Assembly (NCBI GenBank): GCA_033764035.1 | Contig: JANRJJ010000026.1 | Coordinates: 46,840-110,839 of the forward strand | DNA: 64,000 bases | From: a bacterium | Lineage (GTDB): Bacteria > Chloroflexota > Anaerolineae > Aggregatilineales > Phototrophicaceae | Direction of reading: 5' to 3' | Shown: positions 27,501 through 34,670 of the stretch, piece by piece | Position numbering within the stretch: the stretch's first letter is position 1 | Layout: the number at the start of each line of letters is the position of its first letter | Notes under the pieces: model-generated | Databases searched by the model: none | The model's input: the letters and a program-made list of their open reading frames with translations, nothing else | What the model was told of the DNA's origin: nothing | Program-made: the position numbers and the translations under genes

Positions 27501-30458
27501 ATTGACGATGTGCTGTCGAATACCCAACTCGACATCATGGAACAGGCGGGGATTGAAAGCATCGGCGTGCGGTCGGTAGCGTTCCTGCCGCTGCGCGTGA
27601 GCGGTCAATCGATTGGCACGCTCGTGATCGGGTCGCGCCAGCCGTACACGTATACGGATCGTGACCTGCGCATCTACCGTTCGTTCTCTGAACAGGCATC
27701 GCTGCGCCTGGAAGCGACGCGCCTGCTGGAACAGACACAGCGCCGCGCCCGTCAGCTTGCCACCTCTGCCGAAGTGAGCAGCTACGCCAGTTCGCTGCTC
27801 GACCTGCAATTCCTGCTGCCGCGCATCGTAGACCTGATCAAAGACCAGTTCCGCTACGACCATGTGCAGATTTTCATGATGGACGATGCCGATGAATTTG
27901 CCGAACTGCGCGCCAGCACGGGCGAACCGGGGCGGCAGCTTCTGGGAATCAAGCACCGCTTGGCGAAAGGGTCGTCGTCGGTCATCGGCCAGGTGACGCT
28001 GACCGGGCAGCCGACCATCGCCGCCGATACCGCCGATGCCAGCGTGATCCACCGTCCGAACCCGTACCTGCCGAACACCCGCTCGGAAATGGCGATCCCG
28101 CTCATGCTCAAAGGCCGCATCGTCGGCGCGCTGGACGTGCAGTCGAACCAGCCGAACGCCTTCGATGAGGACGATATTTCGGTGCTGCGCACGCTGGCGG
28201 CGCAGATTTCCGTCGCCATCGACAATGCCGAATTGTACGAAGACGCGCAGCGCCGTGCGTCGGAAACCTCCTTCCTGTTCAACGTGACCAGCCGCGCCGC
28301 CGCCGCTGAATCGCTCGATGAAGCGCTGGCGAACGTGGCGGATGAAATGCTGAGCGAACTCGATGCGTCCGCGACGGTGATCTACCTGCCGCGCCAGTAC
28401 ATCGAAGGGGACGACGAAACGTCGGTGTTCACGCAGCTTGACCCGGTGGCGCTGGCGGGGAACGAGCCGTCCAATGGCGGCCAACCGCTCAGCGAGATCA
28501 ACAGCGTGCGCCTGGACGACGGCTCCAGCCTGCTGGCACAGGCGGGCGCAGCGCGGCGCTCGTTCATCCTGGGCGACCTGGAGCAGGATCGGCGCTACCT
28601 GCCCATCAACGCCGAATCGCGGTCGGCCATCATCGTACCGCTGGTGACGGGCGCGCAGTTGGTCGGGCTGGTGGTGGTCGAAAGCCTGCTGCTGGAAGCG
28701 TATGACGACAACGTGCTGCGCACGATGTTCACGCTGGCCGGGTCGCTCAGCGCCATCGTCCAGAACCAGCAGCTTCTGGAACAGGTGCAGCGCCAGAACG
28801 ACGCGCTGCGCGAACTTGACCGCCTGAAAAGCGATTTCCTGGCGAACATGAGCCACGAACTGCGTACCCCGCTCAATTCGATCATCGGGTTCAGCCGCGT
28901 GATCCTGAAGGGTATCGACGGGCCGCTGACCGAAATGCAGGAACAAGACCTGAGTACGATCTACAATTCCGGGCTGCACCTGCTTAACCTGATCAACGAC
29001 ATCCTTGACCAGGCCAAGATCGCGGCGGGCAAAATGGATTTGCAGTTCGATTACTTTGAAATGAAAACCGTGATCGACGGCGTGCGCTCCATCGGCATTG
29101 GGCTGGTGAAGGAAAAGCCCATCGATATTCAGGTGCATCTGGCTCCTGGCCTGCCCAAAGCGTTTGGCGATGAGTTCCGCACCCGCCAGGTGTTGATCAA
29201 CCTGGTTTCGAACGCGACCAAGTTCACGCGGCAGGGGACGGTCACCATCGACGTGTACACCGTGAACGAACCCGAAACCGGGCGGCTGATGATCCGCGTG
29301 GACGTGACCGATACGGGCATCGGGATTGCCGATAAAGACCTGCCGCTGCTGTTCGAAGCCTTCCGCCAGGTGGATTCGTCGCTCACGCGCACCCAGGGCG
29401 GGACGGGGCTGGGGCTGCCGATTGCAAAATCGCTCGTTGAAATGCAGGGCGGGGAAATGCTCGTGCAGTCTCAGGTGAACGTCGGTTCGACGTTCAGCAT
29501 CCTGGTGCCAACCGAACCCGTCGTCGATGCGCCGGATAAACCGGGCGATATGGCCAGAAAAAGCACCGGGCGGCTGGCCAAGACTGCGCCACTTTCGCCA
29601 ACGGGCGCGCTTCAGGCGATTGTCGATGAAACCCAGGAACGCCCGAACGTGGGCGGCGATGATACCGCCTTCCCGCCCACACCGACCCGCCCGCCGATGA
29701 TGGAAAAGCGCCAGATTCTGCTGATCGAAGACAATCCCGATATGGTCGATCAGTTCCGGCGGGCGCTTCAGCGCGAAGGCTTCGATATTTTCGCCGCGTC
29801 CATCCCGCTGGAAGCCGAAGCGATGGCCAGCGGCCTGCACCCCACCATCATCATCATGGACGTGAACTTTGCCGATGGCCAGGGCTGGCAAATGCTGAAG
29901 CGCATGAAAAGCCGCGATGATACCCGCGATATTCCCGTCGTGGTCGTCACCATCAACCCGGATAAAGAGGATATTCTTGCGGAAGGCGCGTTCCTGTACG
30001 TGGCGCGTCCGTTCGTGCCGGAACAAATCGTCGAAGCGGTGCGGCTGGCCGAAGAAGAAGCGCGCATCGACAAAATCCTGATCATCGATGACCAGCCCGA
30101 AAGCGTGCGCGTGCTGGAAGACCTGCTGAACGAACAGGGGCGCTACAAGGTGTTCGCCGCCCCCAGCGCGATGGACGGGATTTCGATGGTCGCCCGCCGC
30201 CGCCCCAACCTGGTCATCCTTGACCTGCGGATGCCGGAAATGGACGGTTTCCAGGTGATCAGCGAATTGCGCAGCAACCCGGAAACCGCTACGATCCCGA
30301 TCATCGTGGTGACGGGTGATGTGCTGAACCCGGCGGAACGCGACCAACTGACCAACTTATCGGTGCTGTACAAGGCCGACATCAACGCCGGGCAGCGCCG
30401 CCAGTTCATGGACGGGGTGAAGCAGCACCTGACCCGCACCAACGGCGAACATTCGTGA
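21576..30458 (+). CDS. Giant hybrid sensor histidine kinase (Cache-like, HAMP, about 11 GAF, PAS, HisKA, HATPase, 2 REC), 2960 aa
   Basis: H-box FLANMSHELRTPLNSIIG; N-box NLVSNATKFT; G1 DTGIGI; G2 GGTGLGL; REC IIIMDVN and VILDLRMP; PAS LETLPAGVLVLD. Confidence 0.92.
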   Translation: MSMSSSPETRRRTASVRTRIMRPIAFVVLGIFLILGLSGLFGIQASSRAIIRGAHLTDITLLREQLNDALSDVTTDVRAAANDPVTRRFATTSLASVVGEDVNLAQAALAERLEALVNDHLDTYLAVRYVTFTGAIWTEVTNAGGITRAATRIRPNELNDDPTLVTALGGTSGDVIASDVDFRVNNDAPASTRLIPFVRFASPVFTETSTTDIAGVIQIDFAIPQVISQINATGAAVIAAQEGRRLLVVDDEGRILADSGQPNTNFLRNIANRVPVVFDQAYPVLAAAVENIETVDLAESDDLIYTVDQLDFSSGAQRFWRLILVDERGTAAAYQVYLGLGVLVLFIGFGGVVAVLIDSVVSRNLRPLRDVADLTQTIGRSYTDSREPLETGDEFGQLIEAFESMASEQFRLRDELEAQRGRFTRNLDIAARIGRETLSLREGDTLINRAINLICDEFGYYHAQLFRIDDAGLNAVLVVSRGVIGQELLARGYRVPINDASVIGTVAAHGQPILIPDATLKAGDQADEAEGLLAETRSQMAVPLLSGGEVIGVLDVQSQNVNDFREEDLRMVQILADQIAVALENARLLKETSERLTEIDSLNRQLSSGQQQAETLNTQIDSVYRYDLLTVKRGGDTGPLSSDQPSMTIPISIRGEVIGALEAAAPQGIDFTAGDEAIMRAVADRVGIALENARLFELQQSSLQETSRLYELVRALNEANSLEDVLHSIVMSVIPDAVSVQIGVFDEYADSTGPLWMEILAEWTSQQETQRDVRMMGIQLHVPDHPLLAAMQPNQITLVNDTERDTRLDDVLRAIIATTGGRSMVLIPVTVRGTWRGVMMAHFPEPRTFGLEEGRVYNALIDQAGVVIDNRMLLRSNEITLKQVERLYSASRAINMAQTAQDLVRAAVGGNDNLYRDYELVMFEGDIDASGWPTRIRLAAYSEGTDVQASSDVYDVVIATDSPLRYREPQIITPQGEIDDDDTPHANNLTQYVRQRGNRFAAVFPLFSANQPIALFLVTSKEAREEISSEDFDVYRALTGQMSTVLQNRRLLDQTAASLDETRRLYAASRAIATAPDKETVYEIAARYLNMTNAAQTRLSVLLTPSQSADAPFVEYTHLFTRGTAYTSDIDVGTRIPSSLVPFGELTRQARTQAFNRSSELAVQPALHALMQRSGSLSAAIISIQSRQRWFGVIFCESDKPAAFDDAYLRFAQAVGDQVAIAVESLSLFSEAQQQAQRALALAEAGQLANQIGAQFEKSIGEVFRRVAEPAAYDRWILMLHSPGQHGLRRVAEYNVDTGLIDSDAPGSLMPLNVVGVPLLDAFRLGRTLLVNDPSSYPNFPRNYAGLDDFGDYIGKHVAVPVFSGSQTIGALAVGRRLDALDLDESDEQLARTLAAQVGIAVENRRLFVEAESERSNLRSILETLPAGVLVLDARTFTPVQFNQQAVELLGRSISISRPFDIGEYNVYRASSRQPFANDELPIFESARSGRLASSDDVMVMLEDGSANYLLVNAAPIVDAGGSTTAIAAAFQDISRLRGLETTLQETLNETMALYDTTRALAAGTTLEALLDQIINRLGTLQPAPDNAFVLLLEPEGLRVARALTTPTDGYSLPDELLTPDVTMFIPDVADDLSLDDAVRLALLKQNIRAVASLPMLTRSRAQAPLGWLVVVYQQAQESLIERAGFLGNLADNAAVAIDNRNLFRDTQAALQEANNLYRATTTISRVSGTEQLSEALRSTIESLKPDVMAAYLFVDEQGSPFVTELFNENQDGAPLDFAMLIERHGLGQVNALFINDLRAITDPNPLEMALQSVGTIRALGLIQMRSKTLPAGCLIVGYHRPRTFDESIARYLSAISDSASVIIDNILLFGQIQNTLEETSTLYQASRALSDAANPVDILDVVTAHLHSHTRTISTAFVAMLVTRSWESPNAMVRVAASWRNPAEADEIVDLAGITLTEEQFPAWKLLAVNDVYTIDDVLSNTQLDIMEQAGIESIGVRSVAFLPLRVSGQSIGTLVIGSRQPYTYTDRDLRIYRSFSEQASLRLEATRLLEQTQRRARQLATSAEVSSYASSLLDLQFLLPRIVDLIKDQFRYDHVQIFMMDDADEFAELRASTGEPGRQLLGIKHRLAKGSSSVIGQVTLTGQPTIAADTADASVIHRPNPYLPNTRSEMAIPLMLKGRIVGALDVQSNQPNAFDEDDISVLRTLAAQISVAIDNAELYEDAQRRASETSFLFNVTSRAAAAESLDEALANVADEMLSELDASATVIYLPRQYIEGDDETSVFTQLDPVALAGNEPSNGGQPLSEINSVRLDDGSSLLAQAGAARRSFILGDLEQDRRYLPINAESRSAIIVPLVTGAQLVGLVVVESLLLEAYDDNVLRTMFTLAGSLSAIVQNQQLLEQVQRQNDALRELDRLKSDFLANMSHELRTPLNSIIGFSRVILKGIDGPLTEMQEQDLSTIYNSGLHLLNLINDILDQAKIAAGKMDLQFDYFEMKTVIDGVRSIGIGLVKEKPIDIQVHLAPGLPKAFGDEFRTRQVLINLVSNATKFTRQGTVTIDVYTVNEPETGRLMIRVDVTDTGIGIADKDLPLLFEAFRQVDSSLTRTQGGTGLGLPIAKSLVEMQGGEMLVQSQVNVGSTFSILVPTEPVVDAPDKPGDMARKSTGRLAKTAPLSPTGALQAIVDETQERPNVGGDDTAFPPTPTRPPMMEKRQILLIEDNPDMVDQFRRALQREGFDIFAASIPLEAEAMASGLHPTIIIMDVNFADGQGWQMLKRMKSRDDTRDIPVVVVTINPDKEDILAEGAFLYVARPFVPEQIVEAVRLAEEEARIDKILIIDDQPESVRVLEDLLNEQGRYKVFAAPSAMDGISMVARRRPNLVILDLRMPEMDGFQVISELRSNPETATIPIIVVTGDVLNPAERDQLTNLSVLYKADINAGQRRQFMDGVKQHLTRTNGEHS

Positions 30459-32203
30459 CATCTATCCCAGGGAGGGACTTACGCCCTCCCTGGATCAGTT
30501 TTCAAGGTTGCAACGTGGTCATCGTGCATCAGCCGCAAGGCACTACCAAACATATCGAACTGGAATGTATCAACTGCCATACCCGCGTCCCGCTCGATAA
30601 GCATGTGAGCGGGTGTCCATCGTGCGGCGAAAACATTCTGGAGGCACGCTACGATCTGTCGCAGATCGACGTGATCGAATGGCTGGCGCTTCTGCGCCAG
30701 CGCCAGCCGGGGTTGTGGCGCTACCATGAAGTGCTGCCGCTGTACGATGCGCGCAATATCGTCAGCCTGGGCGAAGGCGGCACCCCGCTGATCAAATCGC
30801 GGGCGCTGGCTGCCAGCCTGGGGCTGAAACACCTGTATTTCAAGGACGAACGCCAGGGGCCGACCGCCAGCTTCAAGGATCGACAGGCGGCGGTCGCCAT
30901 TTCCGCGCTGAAAGAGATCGGCGTGGATGAGGTCGTGGTCGCCAGCACGGGCAACGTCGCCATCGCCTACGCTGCCTATGGCGCACGGGCGGGGATCAAG
31001 GTGTGGGCGTTCTTCCCCAGCCTGACCCCCGGCGACAAGATGCGCGAAGCCGCCCTGTACGGCGCGGAGGTGATCAAGATCACCGGGACGTATGACCAGA
31101 CCAAAGAGATCGCCGCCCGCTTCGCCAAGCGCAAGGGCATCTTCCTGGATCGCGGGATCAAGTCGGTGGCGGCCATCGAAGCCATGAAAACGATGGCCTA
31201 TGAAATTGGCGAACAGCTCGGCTACGAGCTGGACGGCGGGCGGACATGGCGCGCCCCGGACTGGTTCATCCAGGGGGTGAGCGGCGGCATGGGGCCGATT
31301 GGCGTGGGCAAGGGCTTCCGCGAAATGCTCGATTTTCGGCTGATCGACCAGATGCCCGCGCTCGGCGTGATTCAGTCATCGGGGTGCGCGCCGATGGTCG
31401 AAGCCTTTCAGCGCGGCCAGCGCATCGCCACCCCGGTCGAAAACCCGGAGACGATCATCGCTACGCTGGCGACGGGCAACCCAGGCCGCGCCTATGAACT
31501 GCTGTACGATTATGTGCAGGCTTACGGCGGCCATTTCATCAGCGCCAGCGATGAAGAAGCATTCCACGCCACGCGGCTGGTGGCGCGCAACGAAGGTATT
31601 TCGGTCGAACCTGCGACCGCCGTCACATTCGCGGGCGTGTTCAAGCTGGTGCAGCGCGGGATCATCAAGGCCGATGATGTCGTCGTCGTGAACGTTTCCG
31701 GCCACACCATGCCCGTCGAAACCACCATCCTGGGCGACCAGTGGCAGCAGTCGCTCGATCTGTCGCAGCGCGTGAGCGCCCCGGTCATGCCCCAGGAAGG
31801 GTTGTACGCCGCACTCGAACAGATCGAATCGCAGGTGCGGCGCGTGGTGATCATCGAAGATAACCAGGATGCCGCCCGGCTGATCCGCCGGATGCTGCAA
31901 GCCAAAGGTACGTTCGATGTGCAGATCGTCCACGATGGCAAGGAAGGGCTGGAACTGGTGCGCACCCAGCGCCCGGATATGGTGATCACCGACCTGATGA
32001 TGCCCGACGTGGACGGTTTCCAGGTGATCGAAACCCTGAAGGCCGACCCGGAACTGGCGCACATCCCGATTGTGGTGATCACGGCCAAAGAACTGACCGC
32101 CAAAGAACGGGCGCGGCTGACCGATCAGGTCGAAATGCTGCTGGCAAAGGGATCGTCGATTGACGAAAGCGTGATCGAAACGCTCGTGACCAAACTGGAA
32201 TAG
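30455..32203 (+). CDS. Threonine-synthase-family PLP enzyme with N-terminal Zn ribbon and C-terminal receiver domain
   Basis: CINC..CPSC; LGEGGTPL; PLP lysine in PTASFKDR; ASTGNVA; EPATA; REC VVIIEDN..ITDLMMP..VITA..LAK. True start may be a GTG near 30515-30524. Confidence 0.88.
   Translation: MTSIPGRDLRPPWISFQGCNVVIVHQPQGTTKHIELECINCHTRVPLDKHVSGCPSCGENILEARYDLSQIDVIEWLALLRQRQPGLWRYHEVLPLYDARNIVSLGEGGTPLIKSRALAASLGLKHLYFKDERQGPTASFKDRQAAVAISALKEIGVDEVVVASTGNVAIAYAAYGARAGIKVWAFFPSLTPGDKMREAALYGAEVIKITGTYDQTKEIAARFAKRKGIFLDRGIKSVAAIEAMKTMAYEIGEQLGYELDGGRTWRAPDWFIQGVSGGMGPIGVGKGFREMLDFRLIDQMPALGVIQSSGCAPMVEAFQRGQRIATPVENPETIIATLATGNPGRAYELLYDYVQAYGGHFISASDEEAFHATRLVARNEGISVEPATAVTFAGVFKLVQRGIIKADDVVVVNVSGHTMPVETTILGDQWQQSLDLSQRVSAPVMPQEGLYAALEQIESQVRRVVIIEDNQDAARLIRRMLQAKGTFDVQIVHDGKEGLELVRTQRPDMVITDLMMPDVDGFQVIETLKADPELAHIPIVVITAKELTAKERARLTDQVEMLLAKGSSIDESVIETLVTKLE
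30467..30493. other. GC-rich hairpin just after the giant kinase stop
   Basis: 10-bp stem CCAGGGAGGG/CCCTCCCTGG, loop ACTTACG, no U-tract. Confidence 0.6.
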
Positions 32204-32211
32204 CGGACAAC

Positions 32212-33456
32212 GTGACCAACAATCGCACCATTCTGTACATTGAAGATGACGCGGCGAGCCGTTCACTGGTTGAACGCACGTTGAAATTTCACGGGTATCA
32301 TGTGCTGGTGGCCGACTGCGGGCTGGCCGGGATCGACCTGGCGCGCAAAGAAACGCCCGACCTGATCCTGACCGACATCAACCTGCCCGACCTGACCGGG
32401 CGCGAGATCACCACGCGCTTGCGCAGCGACCCGCAGTTCGAACACACGCCGATTGTCGCGCTCACCGCGCAATCGTTGGGCGAACAGCGCGAACTGGCGC
32501 TGGCCGCTGGCCTGACCGGGTACCTGACCAAACCGCTGGATATTGAAGCGCTGCCGACCCAGGTCGATTTTTTCCTGAAGGGCGGCAGCGAAAAGCTCGA
32601 CCAGCAAAAGCTGAGCGAAGCCCAGACGCGCTACACCCGTGAAGTGGCCGAACGGCTGGAAACGCGCATCCGCGAACTGGAGGCGCTCAACCAGCAGTTG
32701 CGCCGCCTTGACCGCATGAAGGACACCTTCATCCAGATCACGGCGCACGAACTGCGCACCCCACTCACGCTCGTGTTCGGCTACAGCCGCCTGCTGGAAG
32801 ACAACCCGATGCTGAAGCCGCATTTTATGGGCGATGCCAATCTGCGCCTGCTCATGGACGGCATGAACCAGTCCATCGGGCGGATGCAGAGCATCATCGG
32901 GGAAATCGTCACCATGAGCCGCATCATGACCAACCAGATCGATCTGGTGGTGGGACCCACCGACCTGGGCAACATCGCCGCCAAAGCGATCAAGAGCTAT
33001 GAAACGGCGCTGAAGGAACGGAGCCTGAAAGTCGCCTTCGACCGGGCGACCTTCCCCAACGGGATGCGCGCCGACTGGGAACTGATCGAACTGGCGCTGA
33101 AAAACCTGATCAGCAACGCCATCAAGTACACGCCCGACGGCGGGCTGATCGAGATCACCAGCAAGACCGAAGGCGAACAGGTGCGCGTCTCCGTGCGCGA
33201 TCACGGGATCGGCATTTCCAAAGACGACCAGCGCGGCATCTTCGAGCGCTTTCATACCACGGGCGATACGCAGCTTCATTCGACCAGCAAGACCGCGTTT
33301 CGCGGCGGCGGGATTGGCCTGGGACTGGCGATCACCAAAGGGATCGTTGAAGCGCACGGCGGGCGCATCTGGGTGGAAAGCGATGGCTACGACCCGGCGG
33401 CGCTGCCAGGGAGCGCGTTCATTTTTACAATTCCTTTGATCGCTGAACGATCATGA
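32212..33456 (+). CDS. Hybrid histidine kinase, REC-HisKA-HATPase
   Basis: ILYIEDD..LILTDINLP..LTKP; AHELRTPL; NLISNAIKYT; DHGIGI; GGGIGLGL. Confidence 0.9.
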   Translation: MTNNRTILYIEDDAASRSLVERTLKFHGYHVLVADCGLAGIDLARKETPDLILTDINLPDLTGREITTRLRSDPQFEHTPIVALTAQSLGEQRELALAAGLTGYLTKPLDIEALPTQVDFFLKGGSEKLDQQKLSEAQTRYTREVAERLETRIRELEALNQQLRRLDRMKDTFIQITAHELRTPLTLVFGYSRLLEDNPMLKPHFMGDANLRLLMDGMNQSIGRMQSIIGEIVTMSRIMTNQIDLVVGPTDLGNIAAKAIKSYETALKERSLKVAFDRATFPNGMRADWELIELALKNLISNAIKYTPDGGLIEITSKTEGEQVRVSVRDHGIGISKDDQRGIFERFHTTGDTQLHSTSKTAFRGGGIGLGLAITKGIVEAHGGRIWVESDGYDPAALPGSAFIFTIPLIAERS

Positions 33457-33508
33457 TTGATGTAGAATAGGGACATCGATCCGTTGAGCGGCGCATTTTT
33501 TACGTCCC

Positions 33509-34669
33509 GTGCATATCAAAATCGTAACACCCTCTCCCCGCGCACAAGGCATCATGGCGGCGTTTCTTACCCCGCTGTTCCTGGGCGTTGCGCCGATCTT
33601 CGGCAAGGCGGCCATCAACGCGGGCGCTGATCCGTTCACGGTGGCGGCCTTTCGCACGGTCGTCGCGGTGGCGCTGCTGTGGGGGCTGTACCTGCTGTGC
33701 TTTCGCAAATATCTGTATATCTATCCGGCGGGGCTGCTCGGCTGCGTGGTCGTCGGGACGATCAACGGGATCGGGTCGCTGTTCTTCTATGGCGGCCTGG
33801 GGCTGCTCGATGCGTCGCTTTCGCAGCTTCTCAACGGCATGTACCTCATCTTCGCTATCCTGCTGGCGCACCTGGGCGGCGAACGCATCGACCGCCGCAC
33901 CGCGCTGCGCGTTGGGCTGGCAATGTCGGCGCTGATCCTGATCACCGGGTTCGGCAGTGAACCGATCAACTGGCTGGGGGTCGGGCTGATGCTGGCGAAC
34001 GCGCTCATGTTCGCCGGGACGGTGATCCTGAGCCAGTACGTGCTGCGCGAAATGCCGTCACCGACCGCCGCGCTGTACATCCTGACCACGATGGCCGTGA
34101 TCGTGATCATGGTGTGGGCGGGTGTAGGCCGCCCGGTCACCGGGGAGGTGCTGACCTCCGCGCTGCCCGCGATTGCCATTCTGGGCGTGACGACGGCGCT
34201 TTCCCGGCTGACAATGTTTGCCAGCGTGCAGGTGTTCGGCAGTTTGCGCACGGCCATCATCGCGGTGGCCGAAATTGGTGTCGCGCTTTCGCTGGCGTAC
34301 CTGGTGCTGGGGGATCGGCTTGCGCCGGTGCAGGTGATCGGCGTGGCGCTGCTGGGCATTTCGCTGCTGCTCATCCGCGCCAAAGACCTGACCCCGCGCC
34401 TGTTCAACCCCAGCAGCCTGCTCATCCGCGATGTGGCGAGCATCCAGTTTCAGCGCATCGCGTTTCACCGCGCCTTCGGCAAAGCCGAACAGGACAACGA
34501 ATTCGGCGTGATGAGCCAGATCACCACGATGGAAATGCAGATGATCCAGCGGATGATGGGCGCGAAGGAAAGCCCGGTCGATCCGTTCCCGCTATCCAAA
34601 GAGCAGGCGCTCGCCCCTGGGGATTTTGAGCGCCTGCTTCAGCCCAAACCCGCCCCGCCAGGGGATTAG
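33509..34669 (+). CDS. EamA/DMT family transporter with roughly 90-aa soluble C-terminal extension
   Basis: About 10 TM helices in two repeats; hydrophilic tail from RAKDLTPRLF. Confidence 0.85.
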   Translation: MHIKIVTPSPRAQGIMAAFLTPLFLGVAPIFGKAAINAGADPFTVAAFRTVVAVALLWGLYLLCFRKYLYIYPAGLLGCVVVGTINGIGSLFFYGGLGLLDASLSQLLNGMYLIFAILLAHLGGERIDRRTALRVGLAMSALILITGFGSEPINWLGVGLMLANALMFAGTVILSQYVLREMPSPTAALYILTTMAVIVIMVWAGVGRPVTGEVLTSALPAIAILGVTTALSRLTMFASVQVFGSLRTAIIAVAEIGVALSLAYLVLGDRLAPVQVIGVALLGISLLLIRAKDLTPRLFNPSSLLIRDVASIQFQRIAFHRAFGKAEQDNEFGVMSQITTMEMQMIQRMMGAKESPVDPFPLSKEQALAPGDFERLLQPKPAPPGD

Positions 34670-34670
34670 C

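Noticed and set aside
24987-30347. 1786-aa antisense ORF, plus similar long minus-strand ORFs (11370-13379, 15825-17576, 17312-19231, 21711-23912)
   Set aside because: Shadow frames of strongly codon-biased GC-rich genes; no RBS or recognisable motifs, and they fully overlap well-supported sense genes.
11766-30458. GAF domains as phytochrome or cyanobacteriochrome light sensors
   Set aside because: No DxCF/CH chromophore-binding Cys motifs and no PAS-GAF-PHY arrangement seen.
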